DNA from: Candidatus Aenigmatarchaeota archaeon
GTDB lineage: Archaea > Aenigmatarchaeota > Aenigmatarchaeia > CG10238-14 > SCSR01
Assembly (NCBI GenBank): GCA_039000165.1
Contig: JAWBTW010000001.1
Location: forward strand, 1-64,000
Direction: 5' to 3'
DNA: 64,000 bases
The position numbers and the translations under genes were made by a program. The first letter of the stretch is position 1, and the number at the start of each line of letters is the position of its first letter. The notes beneath the pieces are model-generated. The model did no database searches, was not told where the DNA came from, and saw only the letters and a list, made by a program, of their open reading frames with translations. This document shows positions 8,965 through 18,590 of the stretch, in pieces.

Positions 8965-10931
8965 ATTTCAAGCTTGGCAAGCTCCTCTAACTTTTCTAGG
9001 TTATTCATTTTTATCATTTTGTTCGAGATTGTGTAAAGTATGTCATCAATGTATAGAGCTCTTTTTACTTCATACTCGTAATCATAAGGTTTTTCTGTAT
9101 GAGCAATTCTACCCCTTTCATTTATTCCTTCCAAACTAACGTTAAAAACATAAGCTCCTTGCCACTTTTGTATATAATCTTCTGCTACAGAAACTGGAAT
9201 AACCAACAGGTTTTTAGATTTGCTGAATAAAAATGTTTTGTGGTCAAAAGAAGCAAGAGTATAACTTCCTTTACCTCCTATAACAATCTTCGAAACTTCT
9301 TTGGGATTGGAGAAATCGCTCACATCAAAGAAAGAAACTTTTACTCCCAACTCTCTTCCTTCTTCGTCAGCATCTTTACCTATCCCTATTAAATGTGTTT
9401 CATCGTAAGGATGTAGATAATCGGAATATCCTGGAATTTTTAACTCACCGAGAATTTTTGGATTTCTTTCATCTTCCAAATCAATAACAAACAAAGGATC
9501 GGTTCTTCTGAAAGTTACCATATAGGCCTTATTACCAACAAACCTCACAGCAAAAATTCTCTCTGTTCTTGCTATATTCTCTATTTTTCCCAAAATATTC
9601 AAGTTTTCATCTAAAGTATAAATGTTGTTAAAAACTTCTCTTCCGTAGCTTGAAGTTGTTGCTATCCTAAAATGGTTATTGTATTCATCCATGGAAAACT
9701 GGTTTAAAACACTTCCAGGTACTTCTCCACTAACCTTATACTCGATATTTTCTTCAGAGATTGAGATTTTATGAATAACAGTTTTTTCCAATTCTTTAAT
9801 TATCTCTTCCGTTAGTCTTTCGTAACTGCTCTGTAAATTTTTCATAAAAGAAGCTGCCTGTTCGGGGTCAAGAGTTTCTGTATAATTTTCTATTACTTCT
9901 TCTATTTGTTCCATCTTTTCATAAGCACTAACGTTCAGTTTTTTTATTTCTTTTATTCTTTCTTTTACTTCCTGTGGAACTAAAGGCAAGATTGCTTCGT
10001 CCACTATTCTTTCGTAAAAATCATAAATGCTATAGGTTTTGGTATAGACTATGTAAATGTTGTTCGGAGAAACATAAAGATTTTGAGTAGCTCCTACGAG
10101 AAAAGTTTTAACGTTTATTTCTTCTTCATCATTTTGTGTGTTTAAAGCTATAATATTGGTAAAGGTATAAGAATAATCGAAAGCAGGTGAATAGTAAATT
10201 TGATTAGCCTTCACTTCTTTTACCTTGTTACCTTCCACTATCGAAGGAAGAACTATTTCATCTTCATAAAATTGCAAGGGCTCATTAACTATAACGTAAA
10301 CGTAATCTTCTACCATTCTTGAGTCATAATAGGTTCCGTTAAGGAAGACTTCTCTTGTCACTACTGGGTTAGCTTTATCCGAAATATCATAAACATAAAT
10401 GTAAGTTTTTGGGGTATAACGATAGGGAGGAAGTAGTCCCCCTCTAAACTCTGGAAGAGCATAAAAGTAAGATTCGCTAGCGAAAATCACAAGTTTATCT
10501 TTGTTTATGAAAATCCCTTCAATACTTTTGTTTAAAGAGATTTTTGAAACAACTTTTGCGTTTTCAAAAGGGTAAGCTTCAACTATCGTTAAATTGTTCC
10601 CGTAAACAAAATAAATGTAATGGCCATCAGTTTTAACTATGTCTGCTTCATCGACGCCTAAAACTTGAACGTTTGTTGCTGAATATTCCTGAGCAGCCGG
10701 AACAGCTAAGGGAATTCCCGCTTTTATAGATTCAATCCCATATTCTCTGGCTATGCCTATTCCCACTAAAGGGAAGTATTGTTCGCTAGAAGTTTTAACA
10801 AAATTTTTAAGTTCTTCGTAAGATGAAAACTTCTTAAGCTCTACCTTATAAGTTTCAGGTTTTTTCTGATAAAGCATTGAGAAAACTACTAAACAAATAA
10901 TTAGCAAAAGGATTATTTTCCATAACTTCAT
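8961..10931 (-). CDS. secreted beta-propeller domain protein
   Basis: Signal peptide; TNVQVLGVDEADIVKTDG, NQFSMDEY, DPLFVIDL and GELKIPGYSDYLHP. Confidence 0.88.
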   Translation of the reverse strand: MKLWKIILLLIICLVVFSMLYQKKPETYKVELKKFSSYEELKNFVKTSSEQYFPLVGIGIAREYGIESIKAGIPLAVPAAQEYSATNVQVLGVDEADIVKTDGHYIYFVYGNNLTIVEAYPFENAKVVSKISLNKSIEGIFINKDKLVIFASESYFYALPEFRGGLLPPYRYTPKTYIYVYDISDKANPVVTREVFLNGTYYDSRMVEDYVYVIVNEPLQFYEDEIVLPSIVEGNKVKEVKANQIYYSPAFDYSYTFTNIIALNTQNDEEEINVKTFLVGATQNLYVSPNNIYIVYTKTYSIYDFYERIVDEAILPLVPQEVKERIKEIKKLNVSAYEKMEQIEEVIENYTETLDPEQAASFMKNLQSSYERLTEEIIKELEKTVIHKISISEENIEYKVSGEVPGSVLNQFSMDEYNNHFRIATTSSYGREVFNNIYTLDENLNILGKIENIARTERIFAVRFVGNKAYMVTFRRTDPLFVIDLEDERNPKILGELKIPGYSDYLHPYDETHLIGIGKDADEEGRELGVKVSFFDVSDFSNPKEVSKIVIGGKGSYTLASFDHKTFLFSKSKNLLVIPVSVAEDYIQKWQGAYVFNVSLEGINERGRIAHTEKPYDYEYEVKRALYIDDILYTISNKMIKMNNLEKLEELAKLEI

Positions 10932-10987
10932 AAATACTTCTTGTTTTTTCGTTCTTAAATGTTTAGTTATTTTATCTGGCTTTTACC

Positions 10988-11542
10988 CTAAAGAAAACGT
11001 TTAAGCTTTGCTTCAAATTCACAATATTCATAACCCATAGCTTTACATTTTTTCTCTTCAATCACAACTTCTTCTCCCCAGATTGCAGAAGCTCCTCCTG
11101 CCAAACTTCCCATTAAGAAAGCACAAACTGGTTTTTTAGATTTTCCATAAAATTGGGCTTCAAAAGAATTGTAAATTCTCCCTATGATAGTTTCTCCTTT
11201 TTCCAGCTTACCTTCTTTAACTATTTCTCCCTTCCCCCAACCTTCACCTTCAACTATTTGTAGAACTTTCTTAGCTATTTCTATTCTTTTAACCCCAAGT
11301 TTTGTCAGAATGTAAGCTATTAAATTTCGCTTAAGAGCCTTTTCCACAACTTTATAAGCTTGGTCAAAAGCTCCTTGATAAATTATTCCTTTTGTTGCTA
11401 CCCCAACTATTTTGCTTAGGTCTTTGTTTAGGACCGGCAATACTTCTGCTGGTAAGGCTATATAAGGTAATCCTATAAACTCTAGCTTTCCTTTTCTATA
11501 CTTTACTTCTTTTATCAAAGGCCACCATATCTCCTCTTTCAT
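10988..11542 (-). CDS. V4R-domain protein
   Basis: GWG, PVCAF..G and EKKCKAMGYEYCEF. Confidence 0.85.
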   Translation of the reverse strand: MKEEIWWPLIKEVKYRKGKLEFIGLPYIALPAEVLPVLNKDLSKIVGVATKGIIYQGAFDQAYKVVEKALKRNLIAYILTKLGVKRIEIAKKVLQIVEGEGWGKGEIVKEGKLEKGETIIGRIYNSFEAQFYGKSKKPVCAFLMGSLAGGASAIWGEEVVIEEKKCKAMGYEYCEFEAKLKRFL

Positions 11543-12060
11543 GCTAAACTTACCTCAAATTCACAGAAATTGTCACCAATTGCTTTACATTTTCTTTCCT
11601 TAACAGAAACTTTTTTATCTAAAACCGCTGAAAACAATCCGGCAATAATTCCTGCCGTTATATAACACACAGGCTTATTAGATTTTTCATAATATTGGAA
11701 AAAGGAACAGTCATAAATTCTTATCAAGCTTTTGATTTCTTCTTCAACTTCAAGAGTAACTATATCAACATTACCAAAACCCCAGTATTCAAGATATTTC
11801 AGAAAATCTTCTATAACCTCTTTTTTTGTTAGATCTTTTGGTAAAAATTTTTTCCAGCTTTTATAATAGTTCTTAGCGCTTTTTTCGCAACTTTTATAGA
11901 TTTCAGTGTTAGCTATTTCCCCTATTGTTTTTAAAATGGCTAAATGAATTGAAGGAAGCATTCTTGCAGACATAAAAACTAGTCTTTGCTTATTTAGGGT
12001 TAGTTCTCCTTTTTCAGGCTTATAAGATATTTTTTTAAGGATTGGCCACTCTTCCATCAA
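11539..12060 (-). CDS. V4R-domain protein
   Basis: WGFG, PVCYITAG and ERKCKAIGDNFCEF. Confidence 0.85.
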   Translation of the reverse strand: MMEEWPILKKISYKPEKGELTLNKQRLVFMSARMLPSIHLAILKTIGEIANTEIYKSCEKSAKNYYKSWKKFLPKDLTKKEVIEDFLKYLEYWGFGNVDIVTLEVEEEIKSLIRIYDCSFFQYYEKSNKPVCYITAGIIAGLFSAVLDKKVSVKERKCKAIGDNFCEFEVSLA

Positions 12061-12101
12061 TTAATTTTAATTTTTTAAGTTTAAAATCGTTTTTTATTTT
12101 G

Positions 12102-12980
12102 ATGCCGTTTTTCTCAGTAGTAACAACAGCAAAGAATGAAGAAAAGAAAATGATAGAAGAGGTTTTTCAAAATTGGGAACTAACAAAAGAAGTTTTTGAA
12201 AGGAAAAGGGATAAAAAAGTAGAATTTATAGTTGTAGACGCTGGTAACGATTCAGAAATTCCAAAGCTAAAAGATTCTTTTATCGTTAGCGAAAAGACTT
12301 ACCAAACTTATAGAAAATTTCTTTATTCTTCGGGTAAAATAAAGTATAAATCTTGGGATTCCCCAAGCATAGGAAGAAACCTTGGTTTTAAATATTGCAA
12401 AGGAAAAATAATTGTCTTCCAAGATATAGACACTCTTTTTTCAACAGGTACTGAACTTGATTTTAACTATATAAACCCAAAACTCGACAAGTATGAGAAT
12501 TACTTTGATGTTATGTACAAAGCCTTTAAAGAAAAACCAATAGTTGCAGCTTCACCTTCTGCAAGAGCTTGTGATGTTAAAAAAATTAGCAGGAGGTTTG
12601 GAATGATGGGGGAAAACTACATAGTTCAGTTATCTTGCAAGCTACCAACCTTAAAAATAGGAAATAATTTTGTAATCGGACCAAGCATTCCCGGGTTTAG
12701 TATCGTAGCTTTAAAAGATGTTTGTGATAAAATTTATGAAGAAAAAGGGTTTTTGTTTGATCCTGAGTTAGCCATAGCAGAAGACCATAAGTTTTCTAGG
12801 ATGTTAGGAGTGTATGGCAAAATTTCCTACGAGAGAAGGGCAGGAGTGTTTACCAGAACGGTTAAGAGAGTAAGTCCAGGTTTCGACCTATTAAAATCCC
12901 TTTTATACGCTACAAAATGGGTTTTACCCTATTTTTATCCTGATTTTTTCAAGTATAAGAAGCATGTTTTATCTGTTTAG
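12102..12980 (+). CDS. glycosyltransferase family 2
   Basis: SVVTTAKNEE, IVVD, RNLG, FQDID and AED; start moved to MPFF. Confidence 0.8.
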   Translation: MPFFSVVTTAKNEEKKMIEEVFQNWELTKEVFERKRDKKVEFIVVDAGNDSEIPKLKDSFIVSEKTYQTYRKFLYSSGKIKYKSWDSPSIGRNLGFKYCKGKIIVFQDIDTLFSTGTELDFNYINPKLDKYENYFDVMYKAFKEKPIVAASPSARACDVKKISRRFGMMGENYIVQLSCKLPTLKIGNNFVIGPSIPGFSIVALKDVCDKIYEEKGFLFDPELAIAEDHKFSRMLGVYGKISYERRAGVFTRTVKRVSPGFDLLKSLLYATKWVLPYFYPDFFKYKKHVLSV

Positions 12981-13017
12981 CAAAAAGCTTTTAAATTAAA
13001 AGTGTAGAAGGATAATT

Positions 13018-13299
13018 ATGGAAGAAGAAAAAATGGAAGAAGTGAATAAAAAGCTTGTCGGAAAAGTAACTCATTATTATGGAAAAATTGGAGTGGCAGT
13101 AGTTGAGCTTCAAGATGAGCTAAGTGTTAACGACGAAATAATAATTGAAGGTAAGGTTACTAAGTTAAGACAAAAACCTCCTTTGTCCATCCAAATAGAG
13201 CATAAAAATATTGAAGTCGCAAAAGCAGGCGATTCCATAGGCTTGAAAGTTAACGATAAAGTAAGAGAGAACGACCTGGTCTATAAAATAGTTCATTAA
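13018..13299 (+). CDS. translation elongation factor-like beta-barrel protein
   Basis: VGKVTHYYGKIGVAVV...AKAGDSIGLKV...VRENDLVYK. Confidence 0.75.
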   Translation: MEEEKMEEVNKKLVGKVTHYYGKIGVAVVELQDELSVNDEIIIEGKVTKLRQKPPLSIQIEHKNIEVAKAGDSIGLKVNDKVRENDLVYKIVH

Positions 13300-13308
13300 G
13301 TTACGAGC

Positions 13309-15351
13309 TTAATCTTTTTTGTTTATTTTTTCAATTTTTACATTACAATACTTAAAGGCAGGTATTTTTGAGACAGGATCTAAGATAGGACTTGTTAGCT
13401 CGTTAGCTCTTTTTTCTGAATAATGGTTGGGAATTGACAGCAATCCTTTTGTTACTCTACTGCTAACTTTAGCTTTAATTTCGAGCTTGCCAAAGGGAGA
13501 AGAAATTCTTATCATTTCTCCGTCTTTGATTTTAAGTTCTTCTGCATCCTCTTTGCTAATTTCGACATAAGCTTCTGACATAAGCTTATTTAAAGTATTA
13601 ACTTTTCTTGTCATTACTCCAGTGTTAAAGTGTTCAAGCCATCGATGAGAAATTAAAACATAAGGATAAGCGTGGTCCAAGCTTTGGGGTCCAACGTATG
13701 AAACAGGGTAGAAAACTGCTTTTTTTCCTGGATAACCAAAATCTTTTGTGTACAAGATTTTTGTTCCTTTTGGATTTTTCTTATCGCATGGCCATTGTAT
13801 ACCTTTTCTTCCAAGTTTTTTGTAAGTTATTCTAGAATACTGAGGTACAGCTTTTCTTATTTCATTAAAAATCTCTTCAGCTGAATTAAAGTTAAACTCA
13901 TCTTTAAAGCCCATCCTTTCTGCCAAAAGCTTTATTATCATCCAGTCCTCTTTTGCCTCTCCCGGTGGATTAACTGCTTTGTTGATTAGCTGAACCCTTC
14001 TTTCGCTATTTGTAAAAGTTCCGGTTTTTTCTAAGAAGTCTGCTGCAGGAAGAATTATGTTCGCAAGTTTTGCTGTTTCTGTCATGAAAATATCCTGGAC
14101 TACCAAAAATTCAAGGTTTTTTAAGTTTTCTTCAACTCTATTAGAGTTAGGTAGTGAAACTACTGGATTATTTCCAATTATATACATTCCAAGAATTCTT
14201 TCTGGAATGGCTTCTATCATTTCATACTCTGTTAATCCCTTAGAAATAGGTAAACCTTTTACTCTCCAGATTTTTTCGAATTTCCTTATAGTTTCTTGGG
14301 TTAAGGAAGAATAACCAGGATAAACATTGGGTAGAGCTCCTACATCACAAGCTCCTTGAACATTATTACATCCTCTTAAAGGATTAATTCCTGATCCTGG
14401 CTTTCCAAAATTTCCAGTAAGCAAAACCAAATCTCCTATCGTCAATATATTTTCAACACCATTACTATGTTGAGTCATTCCCATTCCAATCAGTACAGCA
14501 GCCCTCTTGGATTTAGCATAAAGCAAGGCTACTTCTCTTATAGTTTTCTCTTCAACACCAGTGATTCTGGAAATATAGCTGAGGTCAAACTTTTCTAGAC
14601 TTCTTTTAAATTGCTCAAAGCCTAAAGTCCTTTCTTTAATGAACTTTTTGTTTTCCAACTTTTCTTCAATTATAACCTTCATCAATCCAGTAATAAAAAG
14701 TATGTCAGTGTTTGGGTTAATTCTAACAAAAATGTCAGCTTTCTCTGCAGTTTCTGTTTTTCTAACATCTATAACTACAAGTTTTCCTCCATGCTTTTTC
14801 ATCTCTAAAATTCTTTCAAAACCTATAGGTTGAGTGACAGCAGGGTTTACACCAAAAGCCAAAATACATTCAGCTTCTTTCAAATCTTCATAGCTGTTTG
14901 TCATGGCTGACTTTCCAAGAATTTCGTACAAGCCAGTCAGAGTAGAAGCATGACATAAGCGAGTACAATTGTCTACGTTGTTGGTGCCTATAACAACTCT
15001 GGCAAACTTTTGAATCAAATAATTCTCTTCATTGGTGCATTTGGTTGAGGAAAAAATCCCTATGGAGTTTTTTCCGTAAGTGTCTCTTATCCTGGTGAAT
15101 TCTTCCGCTATTATATCTAAAGCTTTTCTCCAAGAAATTCTCTCAAACTTATCCCCTTTCCTTATCAAAGGATACTTTAATCTTTCTGGATGATTTGTCA
15201 TTTCCAGTAAAGTTGCCCCTTTTATGCAAAGTCTCCCTTTACTAATGGGATGATTCTTTCGCGGAGCTATTTTAACTGCTTTACCTCCCTTGATTTCAAC
15301 TTCTATTCCACAACCAACCCCGCAATAAGGGCAAACCGAGAAAACTTTCAT
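13309..15351 (-). CDS. fdhF: formate dehydrogenase alpha subunit (Mo/W-bisPGD, Cys type)
   Basis: CPYCGVGC..C 4Fe-4S motif, DNCTRLCH, PLRGCNNVQG and EKTGTFTNSERRVQ; true start MKVF at 15351. Confidence 0.88.
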   Translation of the reverse strand: MKVFSVCPYCGVGCGIEVEIKGGKAVKIAPRKNHPISKGRLCIKGATLLEMTNHPERLKYPLIRKGDKFERISWRKALDIIAEEFTRIRDTYGKNSIGIFSSTKCTNEENYLIQKFARVVIGTNNVDNCTRLCHASTLTGLYEILGKSAMTNSYEDLKEAECILAFGVNPAVTQPIGFERILEMKKHGGKLVVIDVRKTETAEKADIFVRINPNTDILFITGLMKVIIEEKLENKKFIKERTLGFEQFKRSLEKFDLSYISRITGVEEKTIREVALLYAKSKRAAVLIGMGMTQHSNGVENILTIGDLVLLTGNFGKPGSGINPLRGCNNVQGACDVGALPNVYPGYSSLTQETIRKFEKIWRVKGLPISKGLTEYEMIEAIPERILGMYIIGNNPVVSLPNSNRVEENLKNLEFLVVQDIFMTETAKLANIILPAADFLEKTGTFTNSERRVQLINKAVNPPGEAKEDWMIIKLLAERMGFKDEFNFNSAEEIFNEIRKAVPQYSRITYKKLGRKGIQWPCDKKNPKGTKILYTKDFGYPGKKAVFYPVSYVGPQSLDHAYPYVLISHRWLEHFNTGVMTRKVNTLNKLMSEAYVEISKEDAEELKIKDGEMIRISSPFGKLEIKAKVSSRVTKGLLSIPNHYSEKRANELTSPILDPVSKIPAFKYCNVKIEKINKKD

Positions 15352-15388
15352 TAAATTTAAATTTACTCTTTTGTTTTTAAATTGATAT

Positions 15389-15961
15389 ATGGAAGTTAGT
15401 TGTTTGATCCTCGCCGGTGGGAAATCCTCAAGACTTAGAAACAAACCATTCCTTATCCTGAAGGGTAAACCTTTAGTAAGATATGTTTTTGATAACTTAA
15501 GAGAAATGTTTTCAGAAATAATTGTTGTTGTGAAAAGCGAAAAAGATAAAGAAAAAATGGAAGAGATAATTAAAAACTGTAAAGTAGTTGCTGATAAAAG
15601 CAAGATTTTTTCTCCTATGGCAGGAATAATTGCTGGAATAAAACATATAAAAAATAATTTTGTTTTTGTGGTAGCTTGTGATATGCCTTTTATTGAGAAA
15701 AAAACTGTAAGAGAACTAATTTCAAGAATCGACAAAAATGTGAATTGTGTGTGTTATGCTTATTCTCTGGATAAGTTCGAGCCCCTATGTGCGATTTATA
15801 AAAAAGAATTTCTACAGAAAATAGGTTTGGAAAATAGCTTGAATGAAGCTATAAGGAAAGAGAAAAATAAGGCTCTTGTACCCATAGTCAAGGAAACTTA
15901 CGAATTCTTTAATGTAAATACCAAAAAGGATTTTGAGGTTGCGGAAAAGCTACTCTCCTGA
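15389..15961 (+). CDS. mobA: molybdenum cofactor guanylyltransferase
   Basis: ILAGGKSSR, VACDMPF, EPLCAIY and FFNVNT. Confidence 0.9.
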   Translation: MEVSCLILAGGKSSRLRNKPFLILKGKPLVRYVFDNLREMFSEIIVVVKSEKDKEKMEEIIKNCKVVADKSKIFSPMAGIIAGIKHIKNNFVFVVACDMPFIEKKTVRELISRIDKNVNCVCYAYSLDKFEPLCAIYKKEFLQKIGLENSLNEAIRKEKNKALVPIVKETYEFFNVNTKKDFEVAEKLLS

Positions 15962-16135
15962 AAGGCTTGGTAGAATTCCTATTTTTTCTAAAAGAAACCA
16001 TAAAGTCAATATTAAAAGAAGTATTGAAGCTACAAATATGCTTGAAGAAATTTGCAAGCCCTGGAAATAGCCCCTTATTACTTCATAAACAAGGTAAAAT
16101 ACTATGATATCCCTTGCAAAAGAGCGAAAACCCAT
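15950..16135 (-). CDS. small two-TM membrane protein
   Basis: 61 aa, two hydrophobic segments. Confidence 0.65.
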   Translation of the reverse strand: MGFRSFARDIIVFYLVYEVIRGYFQGLQISSSIFVASILLLILTLWFLLEKIGILPSLSGE

Positions 16136-16162
16136 ATAATTAATTATTCACTAATAAAAATT

Positions 16163-16842
16163 ATGAAAATAGTGATTGGTTTGGGAGGTTCCATTTTAAC
16201 AAAAGAAATCACTTACGAAAATTTTAAGAAGTATGCAGATGTTTTAGTAAAATTGAAAGAGAAAGGTCATAGAGTGGTGGTGATTTGTGGCGGAGGTAAG
16301 ACATGCAGAGAGTATCAAAAAATAGCCAAGCAGTCTAATGCTACAGCAACTTTAACTGATAGAATAGGAATTATAGCAACAAGGCTTAACGCTTTGACTT
16401 TAATTTCGGTTTTGGGGAGCATGCCTTTCAAGATGTTGTTAAAAGTGTGGAAGAGTTAGAAAGTGTGCCAGAAGAGAAAATAGTTGTAGGTGCAGGAATA
16501 TTCCCAGGTCATTCTACAGATTTTGATTCTGCAATATTTGCTGAAGCGGTAAGGGCTGATATTTTAATAAAAGCAACTAACATAGATGGGGTTTATACTT
16601 CTGACCCAACTCAAGATCCTAGCGCCAAGAAGCTTGAAAAATTAAGTTACGAGGAACTAGAAAAGATTTTGTTAAAGAATAAGCAAGGACCAGGAGAGTA
16701 CAAGCTTTTTGATTTGTCTGCTGCGAAGATAATAGCAAGGTCGAAAATAAGAACTATAATAGTTGACGGTAGTGATCCAGAAGAAATTTTAAGAGCAGTT
16801 GAAGGAAAGCATAAAGGAAGCGAAGTTTTAAGTTTAAGCTAA
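16163..16842 (+). CDS. pyrH: UMP kinase, frameshifted near 16414-16417
   Basis: IGLGGS, VVICGGG, PGHSTD and TNIDGVYTSDP split over two frames; one extra G restores LG-EHAFQDVV. Confidence 0.88.
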
Positions 16843-16859
16843 AAATAAATTATTAGAAA

Positions 16860-16944
16860 GCCCTGGTAGCTCAGTTGGTTAGAGCGCATAGCTAGCGTAA
16901 GCTTGGTAAGCATGAGGTCCCGGGTTCAAGTCCCGGCCAGGGCT
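16860..16944 (+). tRNA. tRNA-Thr(GGT) with 11-nt non-canonical intron (16890-16900)
   Basis: GCCCTGG/CCAGGGC acceptor; removing AGCTAGCGTAA yields CATGC-TTGGTAA-GCATG anticodon arm. Confidence 0.9.
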
Positions 16945-16968
16945 TTACCGCACAACCACAAAATTCTT

Positions 16969-17205
16969 TTAATTTCCTTGTCCATAATCAACCTCTTCGA
17001 TTCTATAAAACCTAAACTTTACTTTGTTGTTTTCAAGAGCTTTAATCAAACTTTTAAGAAGCGTGAAGGAATCAACAAAAAAGCTTGCATATACTCTCTT
17101 TTCATAAAGCCAAACGTTCAACTTTTTAACGTAAATAAAAATGATTTCTGCTAATTTTTCCACACTAACCTTTTCGCACTCAATTTTTGCTAGCAGCATT
17201 TTCAT
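16969..17205 (-). CDS. hypothetical protein
   Basis: 78-aa ORF with an SD-like GGGGCTGA at or just before the start. Confidence 0.5.
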   Translation of the reverse strand: MKMLLAKIECEKVSVEKLAEIIFIYVKKLNVWLYEKRVYASFFVDSFTLLKSLIKALENNKVKFRFYRIEEVDYGQGN

Positions 17206-17479
17206 CAGCCCCTATTATTTCGTAGACTCTTCCCCTTTTCTCTCCAATAGCCCTAACAAAACCTTTTGAGCAGAGGTTTTAGTTTCTAAAAGCTGTTTTC
17301 CTCGCTTAAGATAACAGCAAGCCTGTAGTTGTAATAGACACAGGGACAATATCAGAGAGAGCGGAAAGCAGAGAAGCGACAAGGAAAAGGAGATGAGGAA
17401 AAAGCTGTAGACACTATCTTATTGAAGCAGTTATACTATTGCCTGAAAAACCTTTTCTACAACACTCTCTCTTTTCCAT
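17180..17479 (-). pseudogene. degraded winged-helix DNA-binding protein
   Basis: Terminal frame KGFVRAIGEKRGRVYEII resembles a wHTH wing; upstream broken by stops. Confidence 0.4.
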
Positions 17480-17743
17480 CTACTCATGTAGTTCATAGAA
17501 GACAATATAATCTTCGGGGTCAGAAACGTTCTCATAGTGTTTCTCTTTGAACAGTTGAGCTACCCTGACATCTAGTAACTTCTTCTTCACTAGCTTACCA
17601 CAGACCTCACAGTTGAAGTATCCAGTGTAGTGCGACTTGTCTTCACGAGACTCGGGAGACCAGAATGACCAGATGTTTGTGCTTATCCACCTTGGATATC
17701 TTTCCAACTTATGGACACCAAATAGACAAAGCACTCTTCTCAA
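17480..17743 (-). CDS. small Zn-finger-like hypothetical protein (mobile-element-like)
   Basis: Strong SD GGAGGTG; CLFGVHK and CEVCGK motifs. Confidence 0.6.
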   Translation of the reverse strand: MRRVLCLFGVHKLERYPRWISTNIWSFWSPESREDKSHYTGYFNCEVCGKLVKKKLLDVRVAQLFKEKHYENVSDPEDYIVFYELHE

Positions 17744-17956
17744 ACCATTCCACCTCCTAAATGTTTATGTTTTTAGTGAGATCTCAAAGTATAAATATTT
17801 GATGTTAGCGGAATTTCTGTGAACGTAAAAATCATTTGAATTTGTTCAACTTAAATGAACACCTATCGATGGAAAAGTTAAAATTATGGTCAAAACGAAA
17901 ATTTCAATTAAAGGTTATTTTTCAGCCTATAAGTTATTTTCTCGTTTTAAAACTTT

Positions 17957-18253
17957 CTATTTTTTCTTACTTCTCTTTAATTTTCTTCTTACTATTTTTG
18001 GCTTTGAAACCTTAGTTTCAACTATTTTTTCAAGCAAGCTACTTATCTTGTTGAAAATGTCTGTTAAGTTAGAAATGCTTAATGAAAGGTCGTGAAAATC
18101 TTCTGTCATACTTTCCATAACAGTAGTCATATTTTCTATACTTGCTGTTAAATGAACTATAGCCCTCATTGCTGAGCCTTCTTCATCAAAAACGTTTTTT
18201 CCAGCGCTATCAACAATTCTAAATTCTTTTATCTCTTCGTTCGTGTGCTTCAC
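17957..18253 (-). CDS. hypothetical coiled-coil protein
   Basis: 98 aa, basic C-terminus. Confidence 0.55.
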   Translation of the reverse strand: MKHTNEEIKEFRIVDSAGKNVFDEEGSAMRAIVHLTASIENMTTVMESMTEDFHDLSLSISNLTDIFNKISSLLEKIVETKVSKPKIVRRKLKRSKKK

Positions 18254-18383
18254 CTCCCATAATTAAATAAGTTTATTTAGTAAAAAAGTGAATCTTAAAC
18301 TTCTACAAGCTTCCTTTTTAAAACTTTTGAAACAAACAGTTTCTTTCTACTAATTTTATTTAGTTGTTTGAGTAAATACTATT

Positions 18384-18590
18384 ATGAACTTTTGGTTAAT
18401 AATTGGGATAATTTTCATAATTTTTGCAATTATTCTTTGGTTTCTTCCTTTCGAATGTGAAACTACAGCAATAAGCCTAGGGAATTGTTATTGCAATTCA
18501 ACAGTATGTAGAAATATCTTTGGAAATAAACTTTATGGAGAAGAATGCTTACGTTGCGAGTCCATTTTTAACTCAACTAAAACTTCTTAA
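18384..18590 (+). CDS. small membrane-anchored Cys-rich protein
   Basis: N-terminal TM, six Cys. Confidence 0.55.
   Translation: MNFWLIIGIIFIIFAIILWFLPFECETTAISLGNCYCNSTVCRNIFGNKLYGEECLRCESIFNSTKTS

Noticed and set aside
15352..15735. 128-aa N-terminal extension of the fdh ORF
   Set aside because: It is the antisense of mobA; the real start is MKVFSVCPYC at 15351
16400..16450. BHB intron as the cause of the pyrH frameshift
   Set aside because: The protein aligns with a 1-nt insertion; no extra sequence or BHB fold
16903..17154. 83-aa plus-strand ORF
   Set aside because: Starts inside tRNA-Thr and is antisense to a better ORF
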